Shown here piece after piece: positions 11,401-24,800 of a stretch of DNA of 64,000 nucleotides. The DNA lies in contig JAYWIR010000017.1 of assembly GCA_036172245.1 (NCBI GenBank), positions 3,658,001 to 3,722,000 on the forward strand, in the 5' to 3' direction. Under the pieces are notes generated by a model that searched no databases, was not told the DNA's origin, and saw only the letters and a program-made list of their open reading frames with translations. The translations under genes were made by a program, and so were the position numbers. Within the stretch, counting starts at the first letter, position 1. Every line of letters begins with the position of its first letter. This DNA is from Raillietiella orientalis. Taxonomy: Eukaryota.

Positions 11401-14400
11401 AAATTAAATCTAATGATTTTAATTTATTAATGCTTGCATTCAAAATTTCGTGATCATTACTGCTAATTAAATGCTGTTCTATGTGAGTTCTTGCTCTCCA
11501 ATAGAAAACTGTGATTAGACAGTTTTCCTCCATAAAAATTTTATGAAATTATGTAATTCTATAGTGTAAAATCAATTATTCTATAGTGTTCAGATCTAAA
11601 AGCGTCACATAAATGGAGCATGTTGAGTGGAGATAGAAAGTCATGATGTACAGATTTATAAATACCCAACTGAGGATTTCTAACTTAATATACTGCACAC
11701 AAGCACATTAAATTATAAATCTCCAGTTGAGTTCTTAGAGTAGTTTGGTGTATGCATGCAGAAGAATGCAATAAGGAAGGAATCCTTAAACAATAACCAA
11801 TGATTCCTTAAATTTAAGCAGTAGTATTTTTGTCCTCAGTCTTCAACTTTACTTCATGAGCCATTCATGCTAAATGTCTTAAGTATTTTTTTACAAACTC
11901 AAATGCTGAATTTGGTTTTAGATTTCATGTTTTTGAATGGTTAAAATTATATCATTCATCGTATCTTAACTATATTGATAATGAACAAGAAATGCAAATG
12001 ATGCAGTCTTTTTTGATATTTCTCACAATATTAATGACTGTCAGAAATAATCTTGGTAAGCACTTTTTTGACTTCTCAAAATAAGCTAAGTTAAGTGCTA
12101 AATTTTTTTCAGTCAATCACCAAATTGATTGAATACTTGTTGTAATAGTATTTTTTGATCTTTTTAAGGTTTAACTGAATTCGAATTAATGAAAAAAGAA
12201 ATAGTTACCCTTTTATGTGTTCACAACAGAACACATAGTAAGCTTCTAGAATTGATCCCTGAAAGATGCAATGATGCTAATAAAGATTTTGAAATTGCTG
12301 TAGCTCAGGTTTTCATTTTTTATCTAGTGTTTATTTCACCTGCACTTTTCTTTATTCATTGAAATTATTTCATTGCCAGGTTGCTGATTATCGAGCACCA
12401 AATTATGAATCTAGTGGTAATATGCACCAAGGGCTGTATGTACCAAAGTCTATAACTTGGGAAAGGTTATATGATCCAGTTTATGTATTCCTAAGATCAG
12501 TTGAAAGAAGCAATTTTCAAGATTCTTTTGATCGCTATCGAGAATAGTATGTCATTGTCCTATTTATTATCAGAGTAATGATTAGTGCATATTATTTCTT
12601 ATTCTGATTTTTTAAAATTTAGGCAACTTGCCAAATTTGATATTTTTTAATGTTTTGTTTTAGCCTTAAACAGAGTTCGAAATTTTCCAAAGATCTCAAA
12701 TCTGTATGGCCCCCTTACAGATTACCCATTGAAGTGTTCAAGAGTTATGAAGATCCTGCTAAATTATTACACTGTCGAACATTTCATGCTTTAGTATTCA
12801 TGATTTTTTTAAAATATCTGTATGATTCTAGTGTACCTGAAATTATATTAGCTTTAACTGTATATTTGTTGGAAATAGCCATTGGTTCTTCACCTGCCTT
12901 CAATAATGACAGTAATGTAAGTACAGCAGATCAAAAATGGGGTTACATTTTCTTGTTTCTTGCGAAATTCAAAATTTAGCTTCAATCTAATGCTGCAAAC
13001 GAGTTTTATAAATTTCCTTCTTCTATAGGTTCAGCAGGTCTCAGAACTCTCTGAATCCAATGAACAACGTTCCAGATTTCAATCTTGTTACCTTTCAAGA
13101 TCTTTGACTGTGAATGCCCAACAGTTTATCAGAAACACTTTGATCATTGTACCTGAGAACTTTACTTGGTATTCATTGAAAGGTTCGTGTCTATTAATAT
13201 CTTGTCAGAATTGTGCTAATAATTTACTGTAGATGTGGACTTTTCATACATTGTCAACCTTGATGATGTGCCTGGTAGTAGTTCTGATGAGATGGGCACA
13301 ATGCCATCGGCCCCATATCCAATATATGTGAATCAGCTAGCAGAAAATCCAGGTAACATAACCAGTTAATGTTTAAACATTTCTTAAAATCTCTAATGGT
13401 AAATTTGCATTTATGAAACTTGAAAGGATTGGATTGGACTGAACTTAAACGGATATGATGTAATTAAATGCATTAAGAATTCAAGAATATTTAGTGGTTG
13501 CTAATAGTTTCTTCAAATATTTGTTTTGATTCACATGCTGGTATTTTATTGCTCGCTAATAAAATTCTTTTGCAGCTTATCTGCCAAAATATGTTTTAAA
13601 AAAATTGGAAAAAAAAATACCTGTCACTAAGTCACCTGAAGAGACAGTAGAAGGCTCAACATCCAAGGTAATTTAGCTTTTTGTTTAAACAGTTGATCTT
13701 GTCCTTAGCATTCCAGTGAAAGACAACGGAAGCATTGGTTTTATTTTCATGTGGATGAGTCATTGATTTCTGTTCTTCTTAAGCTTCATTCAAAGTTGTC
13801 AGGAGTTCCTGATTCTTATTGTCCTGAACAAATATCTGAGGAATTTGATTTACGTATAGGAGATGGACCACATTTTATCGCAAAAGTGTTAAATAAATTG
13901 TGTGCATTGGATTTCACAATTAAAGATCATATTAACGAAGTGAGGAAGAGAATATTTCCTGAGAAACAGGAAATTGCCACCTTGTTTGAAAAATCATTGA
14001 GTCAAATTGGTATCACAGAAGAAAAGAAGCAAAAAGCAAAACTCATGCAACAGCGTCTTTTGGCTGAGTTTGCATCAAAACAGAAACAGTTTTTAGAGAA
14101 AACTAAAGACATTGGTAATTAATTATTCACTATTGGATGTTTGCAGTATTTCAGTTATCCTAGTGTCTTAATCCCCAGTACATGTTTCTCTCTTTCATTC
14201 AAAATTAGTTTGTTCAGAAAAAGGCGTATTCAGCTACGTTAGCTTCAGTGTATTAGTGTTTGTATGGTATAAGCACTATATAGTTCTTTTGACTTGCAAT
14301 AATCAGCTGATTAGACTTAAAAGAAAAAAACATTTAGTTAATATTCAAAATAAGTTTTCTTAAGCTGACATGGACAGTTCTTAAAAAGGACGTAGTTTCA

Positions 14401-17400
14401 GTTATATAATTTATTTATTCATTTCTTTCACAGTTCTTTAAATTGATTGGAAATTTAAAAATTCATGTTCATACATATGCTGATCTCTTCATTACTATGT
14501 GTAAGAGCTGTTCACAAACTAATACCCATATTTTAAGTTCGTGAGCATCTCCATTTGAAAAACTCGTATTGTATACTTTTGGCTCTTTCAAATTCAAATA
14601 TTCTGAAAGTTTAATGAAAAATGAGTTGACATAGTTTTTTTTTTTATTAGATGTGGCACCAAGCCCCAAAGCAAAAGAAACAAAGGTTTACCATTGCACT
14701 ATATGCAAGCAAACAACTCCTAGCACAGAAGATAATTTAATGGCTTTTGTTGTGCATATACAGGTAATTTCATATATTCTGTAACTTTGTAGTTAATTTT
14801 GCAGTATTCTCCCTTTTCTTCTAGGTAATTAAATTATATAGCTGAAATATATATAGAACGTTAAAAAAAAAAGTTAAAATCTTTCACATTAAGCTTTTGA
14901 ATTATCGTTATGTTGACTTTTTTGGAATTTCTTGAATAATTATTTGTGTGCACTTACGAAAAGGTTGTTTTTATTGTAACAAACCACGATGTGTCAGGCA
15001 AAGGGTTTTTAAAAAACTAATAAGGGATTCTGTATTTCAAATCGTTTTCGTATTGATTATTTGGCAGTAATTCAAAGGGATGTTCAGTTGAATCTTTCAT
15101 TGCAATACAATTAAAGTTGTATGAATTTGTCTTACCCATAATTTGAAATTTTCTTAAAAGATTGTTCTAAAATATCATTGGTGATCAAAGGTCATGTGCT
15201 TATCACATCGAGTTATATCATAAAATTTTAAAGTATAATGCACTCATCATTGATTTTTAAGTTTTAAGAGTGCATTCTTTTTTTATTTTAGAGACATTTA
15301 GTTTTCAGAGTTTTTGAATTATTTTAAGCGAATGTACAGCATGTGTAATTCGTTTATGTATATGATCCAGTAATTTTGTATATGTAATACAGTCACTGAA
15401 GTTGTTGAATGTGCATTATGAATGCATTCATTTTTTTTTATGAAACTGATTTCGTTTTTTTTATATGTATATAAAAGTGGATACTAATTACAATTGATAT
15501 TGAATGCATGTAAAATTATACTTAAAAAATATTACATAGTTGAGAAAATTGTATAATTATTTCAATCAAGGCAACCAATACGTTGGCAACTGTACATACA
15601 GAACCTTTCAAGTTATCTTTACCACTCACAGATGTGCAAAAAATTATGAACCTTGAATATATTAATATGGATCTAAACAAGAAAATTTTGGAACTTAGTA
15701 GACACTATGACCATGTAATGAAAAAAGTATGAAATTAAGTATAGGAACTTATATTGCTTTAGTATTCCATGTTTATAAATACTGAAGATGAAAGCAGTGT
15801 CTACATTCAGAGTTGTGGCCACTGCATACATATATCATGTCATAAATTGTACATGGAAATACTGCAGAAAGATAAGGGACAACAGGTACGTGGAACTAAG
15901 TTTATTTGGTGTAAACTATATAAGGTTTACAATAGCAAAATCTGGATACAGAGCATGGAGAATATTGTTGTCCAATCTGTAAGCAACTTGCCAATTCTCT
16001 CTTGCCAGTATTCACACAACGTACTGAAAATTTAGAGGCATTTGAAGATGAAAATGAAGCTGTTGCCATTGAGAAAGCATTGTTTGACAGGAAAATTTCG
16101 GTGATCATTGTAGAATCAGTTTATTTTAATTGTTAATGAGTTTCATTTTTACAAATTTGTTTTTATGTTCGCAAATTACTGTTACAGTCAGATTTATTTT
16201 CAAAAATGATGACGACGACTATTTTTAGAATTACCTGCTTTGTTTCAGTATGTTCTAGATCATTTTTTTTTTTGTTGCAGTGTGTTTCTGGAAATACAGC
16301 TTTAGCTATTGAAGGCTTTATTTCTGATGTTCTTAAAGCTTTTCCGAAGTCGGAGATTTTAGCATGTGTACTGTCAAAACCCAAAATGCTTCTTGCACTC
16401 TTCTGTTCCATACTGAAAACAAATTTAGATATAGAATTATTGCAGCGAGGTGTTACTTTATGCCATCAGTCAAAACATGTTCTTAAGAATTCTATTGCAG
16501 GTATTTATGTTATGCGAGTTTATTTTGTAAAATTAAATACAAGATTTTAAAATAGGAAAATCTTAAATATTGTACATACATGCATATTAATACTATGTAA
16601 AAAAATAAAATTTAATCTTAACATTCCAAGAATGCTTTCATGCAGAAGTAGTTATTTTCGATGCCAAAGTGGTTTTGAATAGGCTCTCTATTTTATTTAT
16701 TTGACATAAAAGACTGCAATTTCATCTCATATTTATTTTGTAAACCAAACTAGTAAATTGATGTAAACATTATCATGAAAACTATCAGCAGTGTTTCTAG
16801 TTCATTGTTTTCTTTGAAACACAAAACTTTGAATGGATGCAATGAAATCTGTGTATTATTTTTCAGTAAAATTGCTTAAAGCCTTAGCCATTCGAGGGAT
16901 GCCTTTGAAAGACAACATTTTAAGTCAAGTATGGTTGCACCTCACGGGTTTGGCGAGTAGTAGTGAAAGCTTGTTTTCACAGCACCAAATATGCTTGTTA
17001 GTTTGCAACATGGAAATTCTGTTTTTCAAGTTTTTGATTGTTATGTTCATGTGTCTGGATTATCTGCCAAAGGGTTAGTGTAGTTTTATTTATTATCTTA
17101 TAATAACTCATTGTTTTCTTTAGCATTGTTTGTAACATTGGTAAAGTGTACTTATAATGTAGTATTTTTTCAAATTCTTACCTTCCTGGCTTACAAATTG
17201 TCACCTGAAGAAAAAAGAAAATGTAAAGCAAACAGAAAATGCAAAGAAAATGTTTTTGAGAGTTTGGAAAGCATTTTGGGGGAAATTCTTTGCATTCTAG
17301 AAGATCATGACTTGCTAGATGATGTTTCATATGATTTGCTTTCTTCTCTCAGTATCATGAAACATAGACAACCACTTTCGACAATTGATTCTGGTGTTGA

Positions 17401-20131
17401 TGTAGATTTCGAGATTAAAACATATAGCCTCCGATTTTTGAGGAACTGTGCTATTTTGAAACATCACCTATACAATGAAGACCTCCCAGAAATCGAGCAT
17501 TCTGAAAATGAATTTTCGTCTCTGGCAAGTTTCTTGGAATTGACTCATTCTCCCGAATCAGCATCTGAAAATAGTTCAGTCAGTTGTCTAAACTGGTTTT
17601 GTACTTCACCATTAAAGACAGTATTTGAATTATATAAAGATTTTGCATCCTGCATTGGAAAAGATCTGAGTGTTGTATGTAGACTTATGGAGAAGTATAA
17701 TTGGAAGCCGCCATATCTTTTAAATTTGCCTGGTGATTATAATAAAATATTTCAGGTAATTATGTGCATTGTATGCTTGTTTGTATTTTACCTTTTGTGT
17801 AAAGAACTTTTTTGTGTAAAGAATTAGCATCCTGAAAACGAGATGGAGATCAGCTGTATTGTTTATTATTGTAATATTTATTTTCTCTACGGAATAGCGG
17901 GGATTTTTTTTCTTGTTATCTAGATAAACTAGTTTCTTATTATTAATTTGCAAGATAGTGGGCTTTTTGTTTGTGAAAAGTCGAGATGTAGGTACAGCAA
18001 AAGCTTTCTGTTCGAAGGCATAGCGGTTTTATATCATTGTGGTGTATAGAATTTTGATGACAAAGCAATTTCATGTTTGCAAAAATTTTAAATTATTAGT
18101 TATCCAAATCTTAGGTATAAAGATTAAAGTGTTGGATTATTTGACAATTTAATGCTGTGGGTTTTGTGACTGTATGGATAATCGGAACAAACTAAATTGA
18201 CAGAATTTTTTCCAACTGACTCTTCAGGTATTACTGTTTTTGTGTTTTTTTTTGTTTTTTTTTTTTTTCAGATGAGATCTTGTTACATGTTTGGCTAGAT
18301 AAAGTAGTATTCAAAAGTCGTTTATGTGTTGTTGATTGGTTATTCTGTTTTAGTTTTAATTTCCCAAGAAAAAGAGAAATCTAATCCTGATTTGTTTTTT
18401 CCTACTAGAAGATTTGTGGTATGGGAAACTTGTAACAGCTTAGGGATTAACTTTTAGGTGTGGCTGTTAGACAAACGCAGATCTTGGCTTTAACTGCACG
18501 TAGGTCTATGCTGTGAGCGTTGGCATTATTTAGCGAATATTCACTGAAACTCCGTGCGAGGTCTAAGGGTCTGTTTAAAGTTTCCATGCTTTCTGATTCA
18601 ACATTATGATTGGAACTGTATCCCCCAAATTTTAATCTGTAGGTAAAATTTCTTTGTAGTAGTTACAGCATAGCCACAGGAATTGTGTTCAGATTTAGGA
18701 TTATTTAAGTTTAGCCTTAATTACTTTTATTCCTAACTTCAAATAATGCCCTATTCAATTAAAAGCTCAGTTGCTTCTGATCATTGTATGACTTGTCGTT
18801 TGATGTGTAACCGTTATCTGGTTTTCTGTTTGCATATATGCCGATATTTAAACTCCAAGAAAGTTTCTGTTATTAATGAAATTGTTATCAAATGAATTTT
18901 GTTATATTTATTTGCATCTTTTTTTTGTTTTAAAAATATTTCAATTGAGCAGTCTCTTTGACACATTCAAAGTTTCCAAACCTGATTTTGCTCTTGTAGT
19001 CCCTAGTGAGAAGTGTAATTTTTCGGTTTTGGAGTGAACATACAAGTGTCTAGTAGTTTCTGTCGTAAATACGATAAGATTGTAGCATTGAAACTTACAC
19101 AGAAAAGGCTAGATTTCTAGTTTAATGAAGAGAAGTCGCTATTGAAACCCTTGCATCATCTGACTTTGTACAACCCTTCCTAATGAATGTGTGAAGTTCT
19201 AAACTTAGTGTTTCATTTTTTTTAGTACTATACGTATCAGAAATGTTCAACATGTAATTGCATTCCTAAAGATCCGTCCATTTGTCTTATATGTGGAACT
19301 CTTGTATGTTTACGTGAAGTCTGCTGCCGAAGAAATAATATGAGTGAAGCTGTAAGGGTAAGTTTCTTAACTTTTGCAGGTTAAATACCTATTGAATACC
19401 TTTTAGCATTCAGGGCGTTGTGGAGGAGGTACCGGAATATTTTTGGTTGTCAATTCTTCCATCATTATTGTTATACGAGGGAAACGAGCTTGCTTATGGG
19501 GTTGTGTTTATCTCGATAACCATGGAGAAGAAGACAGAGATCTAAAGTAAACAGTACTTGTATTTACAAAATGTCATTCAACTGACTATACTTAATTTAT
19601 GAATTTTTTAATTAATTTTAACCAATTCAAATCTTTGATTAATTTTTTGACAAACGTCAAACAGATCCTAGAAGACAGTGATCTGGACTTTTAATATTAT
19701 TCCTAATATATTTTAAATATTTGGCTATTTTTAAAAGTGTTCTCCAAAATTGGACCTAGTTACACCTTTTAATATCCTCTTCAGTGGTTATTATTGTTAC
19801 TCCCCTAGCATTAAAGGGTGGTGTTTCATCAAGAGTTTAGGTTTAGGTTTGCCTTTGCATTGTATGTTCACTCTTCATCTTTTGCTAAAGTTTTTTTTTT
19901 TCTTTTCCTCCTCCTCCCCCAACTTGCATGCAATTATTTGATTGAAGACCTAGTAAAAAAGAAGCCTTGTATTTAAAATGATCTTTGTTTTTTCTGAACT
20001 ATTTTGTTTTCAGGAGAGGCAAACCACTTTATCTCAGTAAGCAACGCTACCACCTATTAGAGCAGCAATGGCTTCACCATAATTTTGATCATGTTAGCAA
20101 ACTTTGGGTTTGGCACAAAGATAAGCTGTGA
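8433..20131 (+). CDS. UBR3: E3 ubiquitin-protein ligase UBR3 (UBR box plus RING), 27 coding exons, 1812 aa
   Basis: Exons: 8433-8646, 8835-9048, 9211-9345, 9397-9550, 9622-9751, 9799-10191, 10240-10416, 10530-10753, 10882-11219, 11922-12055, 12169-12308, 12380-12546, 12664-12916, 13029-13182, 13233-13352, 13576-13667, 13709-14114, 14651-14763, 15571-15714, 15763-15885, 15936-16100, 16281-16500, 16867-17073, 17124-17755, 19226-19357, 19407-19546, 20014-20131. All introns are GT-AG with consistent phases, total 5439 nt. Motifs: UBR box [28 protein letters not shown]....[59 protein letters not shown]-terminal [20 protein letters not shown]. Confidence 0.96.
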
Positions 20132-20183
20132 TTATTCATCTGTGATTAGATTTTTATCTCATTTAAAAACGTATTGTCATTGC

Positions 20184-20189
20184 AATAAA
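20184..20189 (+). terminator. Probable polyadenylation signal of UBR3
   Basis: AATAAA begins 53 nt after the stop codon and is followed by T-rich sequence. Confidence 0.55.
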
Positions 20190-21834
20190 CTTATTGAAAA
20201 AAGAAAATCCTTTTATTATTATTTTTCGTGCGTGCAAGTATCGCACGTTACTTGTGGTCTGAAGCCGTCCACGTTGATCAGTTAGGCGATTTTTCGTTTG
20301 TCAGGGGAAACAAATGGACCAGGGATTCATAAACTAAAACACGAAATTCCACTAAAACAAGTTTCATTAGAAATTTTCGGTTTCTGTCGATGCTTTACTA
20401 CGTGTACTATAGCGAATCACCCCCTCGTGAACAAAGTTTCAGGACTTCTGAGCGGATCATAATGTAACGGAAACAGACTTTTCTTGAGAACTGTTGGGTA
20501 GCATTTGCTGGACCGGACGACTTGATAAACCCACTATCATCGGAACAAGGCTCACTGGTTAGCATGTGGCTTAAAATGATATTTGTAATCAGAGCATGTG
20601 TTAAGGTACTTACAAGTTGAATTCAGTGGTCACGTGAGACTGTTTAATATACGATCGTTTGGTTTCCTGATGAGCGGAGCAGTCATTAGCTGAAGCGGAA
20701 GTAGTTCGGCGAGGTACAAATAAAAGATAAATGGAAAGTGGAGATTATTCTACAGGGCGACTTCTCCGGCGGTGTCTTCAGCTACATGCAGAGCGACTTC
20801 AGTAGGGGCTCTCGTATGGCGTGCATGCGCCGTATTCCCTGTCTCGGGGTGCGATCTTGGTCCAGTGGCGTCTGGCAACGCAGAGTTCTGAAACCACTGA
20901 ATTCACAGAAGGGAACATCAAGGAACCCGATGCATCAGGATCCTTTTTCACAGTCAACATCCAATTTCCTGAACTCTCCTCCTATGTTTCTATTTCCCCA
21001 GTTTCCTCTCCTCTTGCCCCCTTTTGGTTCTAGCTCCGTCTCTTTTGAGGGAACGAAAACACGCTTCACCACTGCCATCAGATTTCGTCTTTGCCTTTTG
21101 TAGGATCCTCTCTTACTGGAAAGCCCCCGACAATAATCTTAAAGCGTGAACATGCGTCATCCAAGTCGGTACTTCCCGAGACTGACTCAGAACTCGGGGC
21201 GGCGCCAGCATGCACGTCGGTAGTTGGCGGCACCATCGTCAGGTCCAGCGGTCAGTTTGCCCACACCTTCGAAGAGCTCTCGCGCTTCCCTATTTTCAAC
21301 TCCCTCCTACCGCCTCTCTCCCACCCGTCCCACCAGCTGAGAGAATCCCTGCTTCTAGACGAAGGTGCTGTGGAAGAAAAAGCACGCGCTCCCACCCGCA
21401 CAAGAGAAATGAAAACGATCATCTGCATGCATTTTTCGGTCAAGAGTCCTTGCTCTGGAAAGGTTCCCTAATGTTACCAGCGGGAACAAGAGGGTCTCGA
21501 ATTCAATTGTCGACCCTCTTCCTCCTCCTCTTGCTGTAAGAGTGGAGACAGCAATCACAAGGGGAAGGAGGGAGGGGAGGGGGAGTTGGAACAGAGAAGG
21601 CCGCCGCCGTTTGCTCGTTTGGCTTTCTCGAACGAGAGAGATTCGCAGACGGCGAAGGCGCGGGCCTCTCGGAGGCCATCCATTCTGCAGGTGCAACGCC
21701 AGCGAGACAGAAGTGGCACTCATGGACCGCCCCCAAAAAAGTAGAAGGGGGAGCAGGGGGGAAAAAGTCATTCGGACCTTTGTCGGTTTTTTCGATTTTT
21801 TGCCAGCGGCTTGCGACGACTCGTGGGACGCTGC

Positions 21835-24800
21835 CTAAGACTTGCGGGAGTATTTCCGGTAAACGGTGTCTCTGGTCGGTAGGTGCTCCTCCTCCGCAGA
21901 ACCTCGGCGGTCGCTCCGCGTCCTTCCTGGGAGGCTGTTCGCCCTTTCCTGCTCGTCTCGCTCTCCGGCAAGCCCTCCGCGAGCGCCGGGAGGGAACGCG
22001 CCCCTTCCTAGCCGCTCTCCTGGCTCCTCGCCGCCTGCCTCTCCCGGCAGCTGGTCCTCTGTCCTGTCCGGAGATGAACCGTCGCCGTCCGCGTTCTCGG
22101 AGTTTCCAGGGTTCCTGCCTTCCTGGAGCTTCTGGGATTCCTCGGGAGGCGGGGAAGCGGGACGGAAGGATCTGCGCTTGTCGAAGAGGTACGCCAGCCT
22201 CTGCCTCTTTCTGTAGAGGCTGCCTGAGTCCTCCTTCTCTCTGGACGAGTATCTGCTGGTGGAATCGAAGGACAACCGGATCGGCTTGTTGAAAAAGAGG
22301 GAGTCGTTTCTGGACTTGTCGCGGCTCTCCAGGGAATGGAACCTTCCTTCACTGCTGGACAGGGCTTCCACTTGGGTCTCGATCTCGGATCCGCTGACAC
22401 CTGCATCTGTGGCGATCTTTGGAAAAGTCCGCTGCCTCTGGAAGATCCGTGGGGATGGTGGCGGCTGACCTATGTCCACAGAGGGGGGCAGGGGCTGTCC
22501 GGTCGTTGCTTTTAGGAAGAGATTGGGCCGCACACGCCTGTGGACAGTCGGGGAGGGTAAGACGGACCTCGGAGGGCCCTTCTCTTGAAGGAGGGCGGCC
22601 TCCTCCTCCGTCCGCGAGGACAAATCTAGTCCAGAGAAGGTCGTGACCCTCTCCGGCTCCTTTGTTTCCAAACCGTCCCTTCCTTCTGAGTGCGGCGGAA
22701 CGCGAGCTGATTCGCTCGTGTTGCTGCTGGAGGCGGAAGAACTCTTGTCGTCCCCAGGAAGAACGGTGCAATCGCATGGGGTGACTGGGGACTCTGCTGC
22801 CTGCTCGCCGCCGGAGGGATTCAGAGTTGGCTTGTCCTCTGGCAACGGACTCCGGAGCTCCTTCCCTTCGTTGGATCTGTCCCCGTAATGGCCGGAAGGC
22901 ACGTCCTGTCCCAAGGTCTTCCCGGTGGCTTCGTGAAGCCCTGCTCCCGTACTTTCCTCTCCAGAGAGAGGCGGCGAACTGCCCTCTCCTGAGAGGCTGT
23001 TGTTCGTGGTCGCGGCGCTCCCGTCGGAGGCCGAGGCAGCAGCCTCCGATGCGGGGATCCGGGAGAGGGCATAGATGCTGGAACTCAGCGGAAAGTGGTG
23101 AAGAGAGAGGAACTTGTTCTTCGCGTATTTGGAAGCGAGAAAAGAGCTGTTCTTCTTCTTATCCAGAGCCTCCGGGCCCCTCTCCGAGTCCCCCTTCGGA
23201 GGAGGAAGAAGCCGAGGATCTCTGCCTCTGTTGCTGCCTTCTTCCTTCGTGACCGGTTCTCTCTCATCCTGTGAATGATCGGGGGCTCGTGTGGGGGAGA
23301 AGGTTTCGTTGTTGTCGCTGTCGCCGCGGTCGGTGATGGCCGCAGGGAACGGTCGTCTTCTTCGAGATGAGGAGTTTGCCGGTGGAAGGAAGAAGTGGAT
23401 CGACTTGAGGGAGTGTCCGCGGCGTTGCGGGAGGCCACCGTCGTCCCTGCCTTGCTGCCTAGGGCTCTCTTCTTTAACGGAAAATCGGGGAAAAGGAGAT
23501 TTGCTAGAAGGTGCTTTGGACTTTGGAAGAGGTGGCTCCGAACCCTCTTCCTGCCTCTGCTGCTGCTGAGAAAGGTGCTGAGGGGGTTTCCTAGTCCTTT
23601 TCAAGACCGACCGGAAAGGGTACTTAGCGGGAGGGTATCTGGGATAGGAATCCTTCTTCTCTTCCTTCTCACCCCCGTCCTCCTTGAGAGATTCCCCGAG
23701 ATGGGAGCCTGGGAAGTAGCTTCCATGAGAAGATTCCTGTGTTCCTGCGTTCCCGTCCTCTCCCTGAGGCGTCTTGCGAGAAGAAGCGTTCGGACCACCA
23801 GTAGAGGAATCCTCGGAACCCGTCGAGACCCCGGACTCTCGGGATCTTTCCGGATCTTCTAAGCAGTCCGGTCCAGATGCCGACACGTCTCCGCAGGGCG
23901 AGAAACACCTCCCTGAGGAATTTATGGTTGCTTCTTCGGTGGCCGGCGAGCTCTTGCGCTCCTCTTTCCAGATCCTCCGCGCCTTGCTTCCCGGATCCGA
24001 CCCTGGACTAGGAATCTCGAACTGCCCCCCTTTCGGGTGGGATTCCGCCGAGAGTGAGTCCGAGACTGGACCCCGGGAAAACCCGTGGTTCGGATTCCTC
24101 AGCCTGCTCAGGAGGAGCGATCTGGACCGGGCTGAGAAACTCCTCTGGGTATTGATGCCAAACCTAGGAAGAGCTGCAGTGCTGACCTCAGGGTGTTCTT
24201 CGGAGCGCAAAGGCAGATGCCTGTTGGCGTCGGCGCCCCGCAAAGCGTCATCGTCGTGGTTCTCGTCTCTCGGACCCAATCCAGGATCCTCCGGGGGACG
24301 TCGGTGGTGCTGCTGGTAGTGTTGCTGCTTCCTCCCAGCGACGAATCTCGGCTTCCCTCTGCCTTCCTGAAGGTCGGCGGGCGGAGGGGAAGGGGAGAGG
24401 ATAGCAGGGTTTGCGACTTCCTTTCTGGATGCAATGATGCTCAGCTGCTCCCTCTTCCGGAGAGAATTCAGCCTGCAGCTGAGGGATCCGGAGCTGCAGT
24501 TCGACTTCGAGCTCCCTGCCTCCCTTCCTCTCGCCTCCTTCGGTAAGCCGATGGGTCTGTCGAGAGGAGGAGGAGGAGGAGAAGCTACTTCCCACAGAGG
24601 TAACTCCGCGAGACGGCCTGCCGCTTCCTGCAGGAGACGCGCCTCTGTCTCTTCCGTGTGGATGGCGGCGCTCTCCGTCGCTGGCGACTCGGGAGGGAAA
24701 TGGAGGGAGGTGGCACGGTCGCCCTCAGAGACGGGATTCTGCTGCCCTTCTACGGAAGAGCTTTCCCGGTTCCCCTTTGGAAAATTCCTGAAGAGGAACC

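Noticed and set aside
20660..20700. CTGATGA hammerhead core or C/D box
   Set aside because: No correctly placed GAAA and stems; the C-to-D spacing is too short.
20799..20887. Putative terminal exon ELCVARRHWTKIAPRDREYGACTPYESPY* on the minus strand
   Set aside because: The acceptor is plausible, but no convincing in-phase donor links it to the giant ORF.
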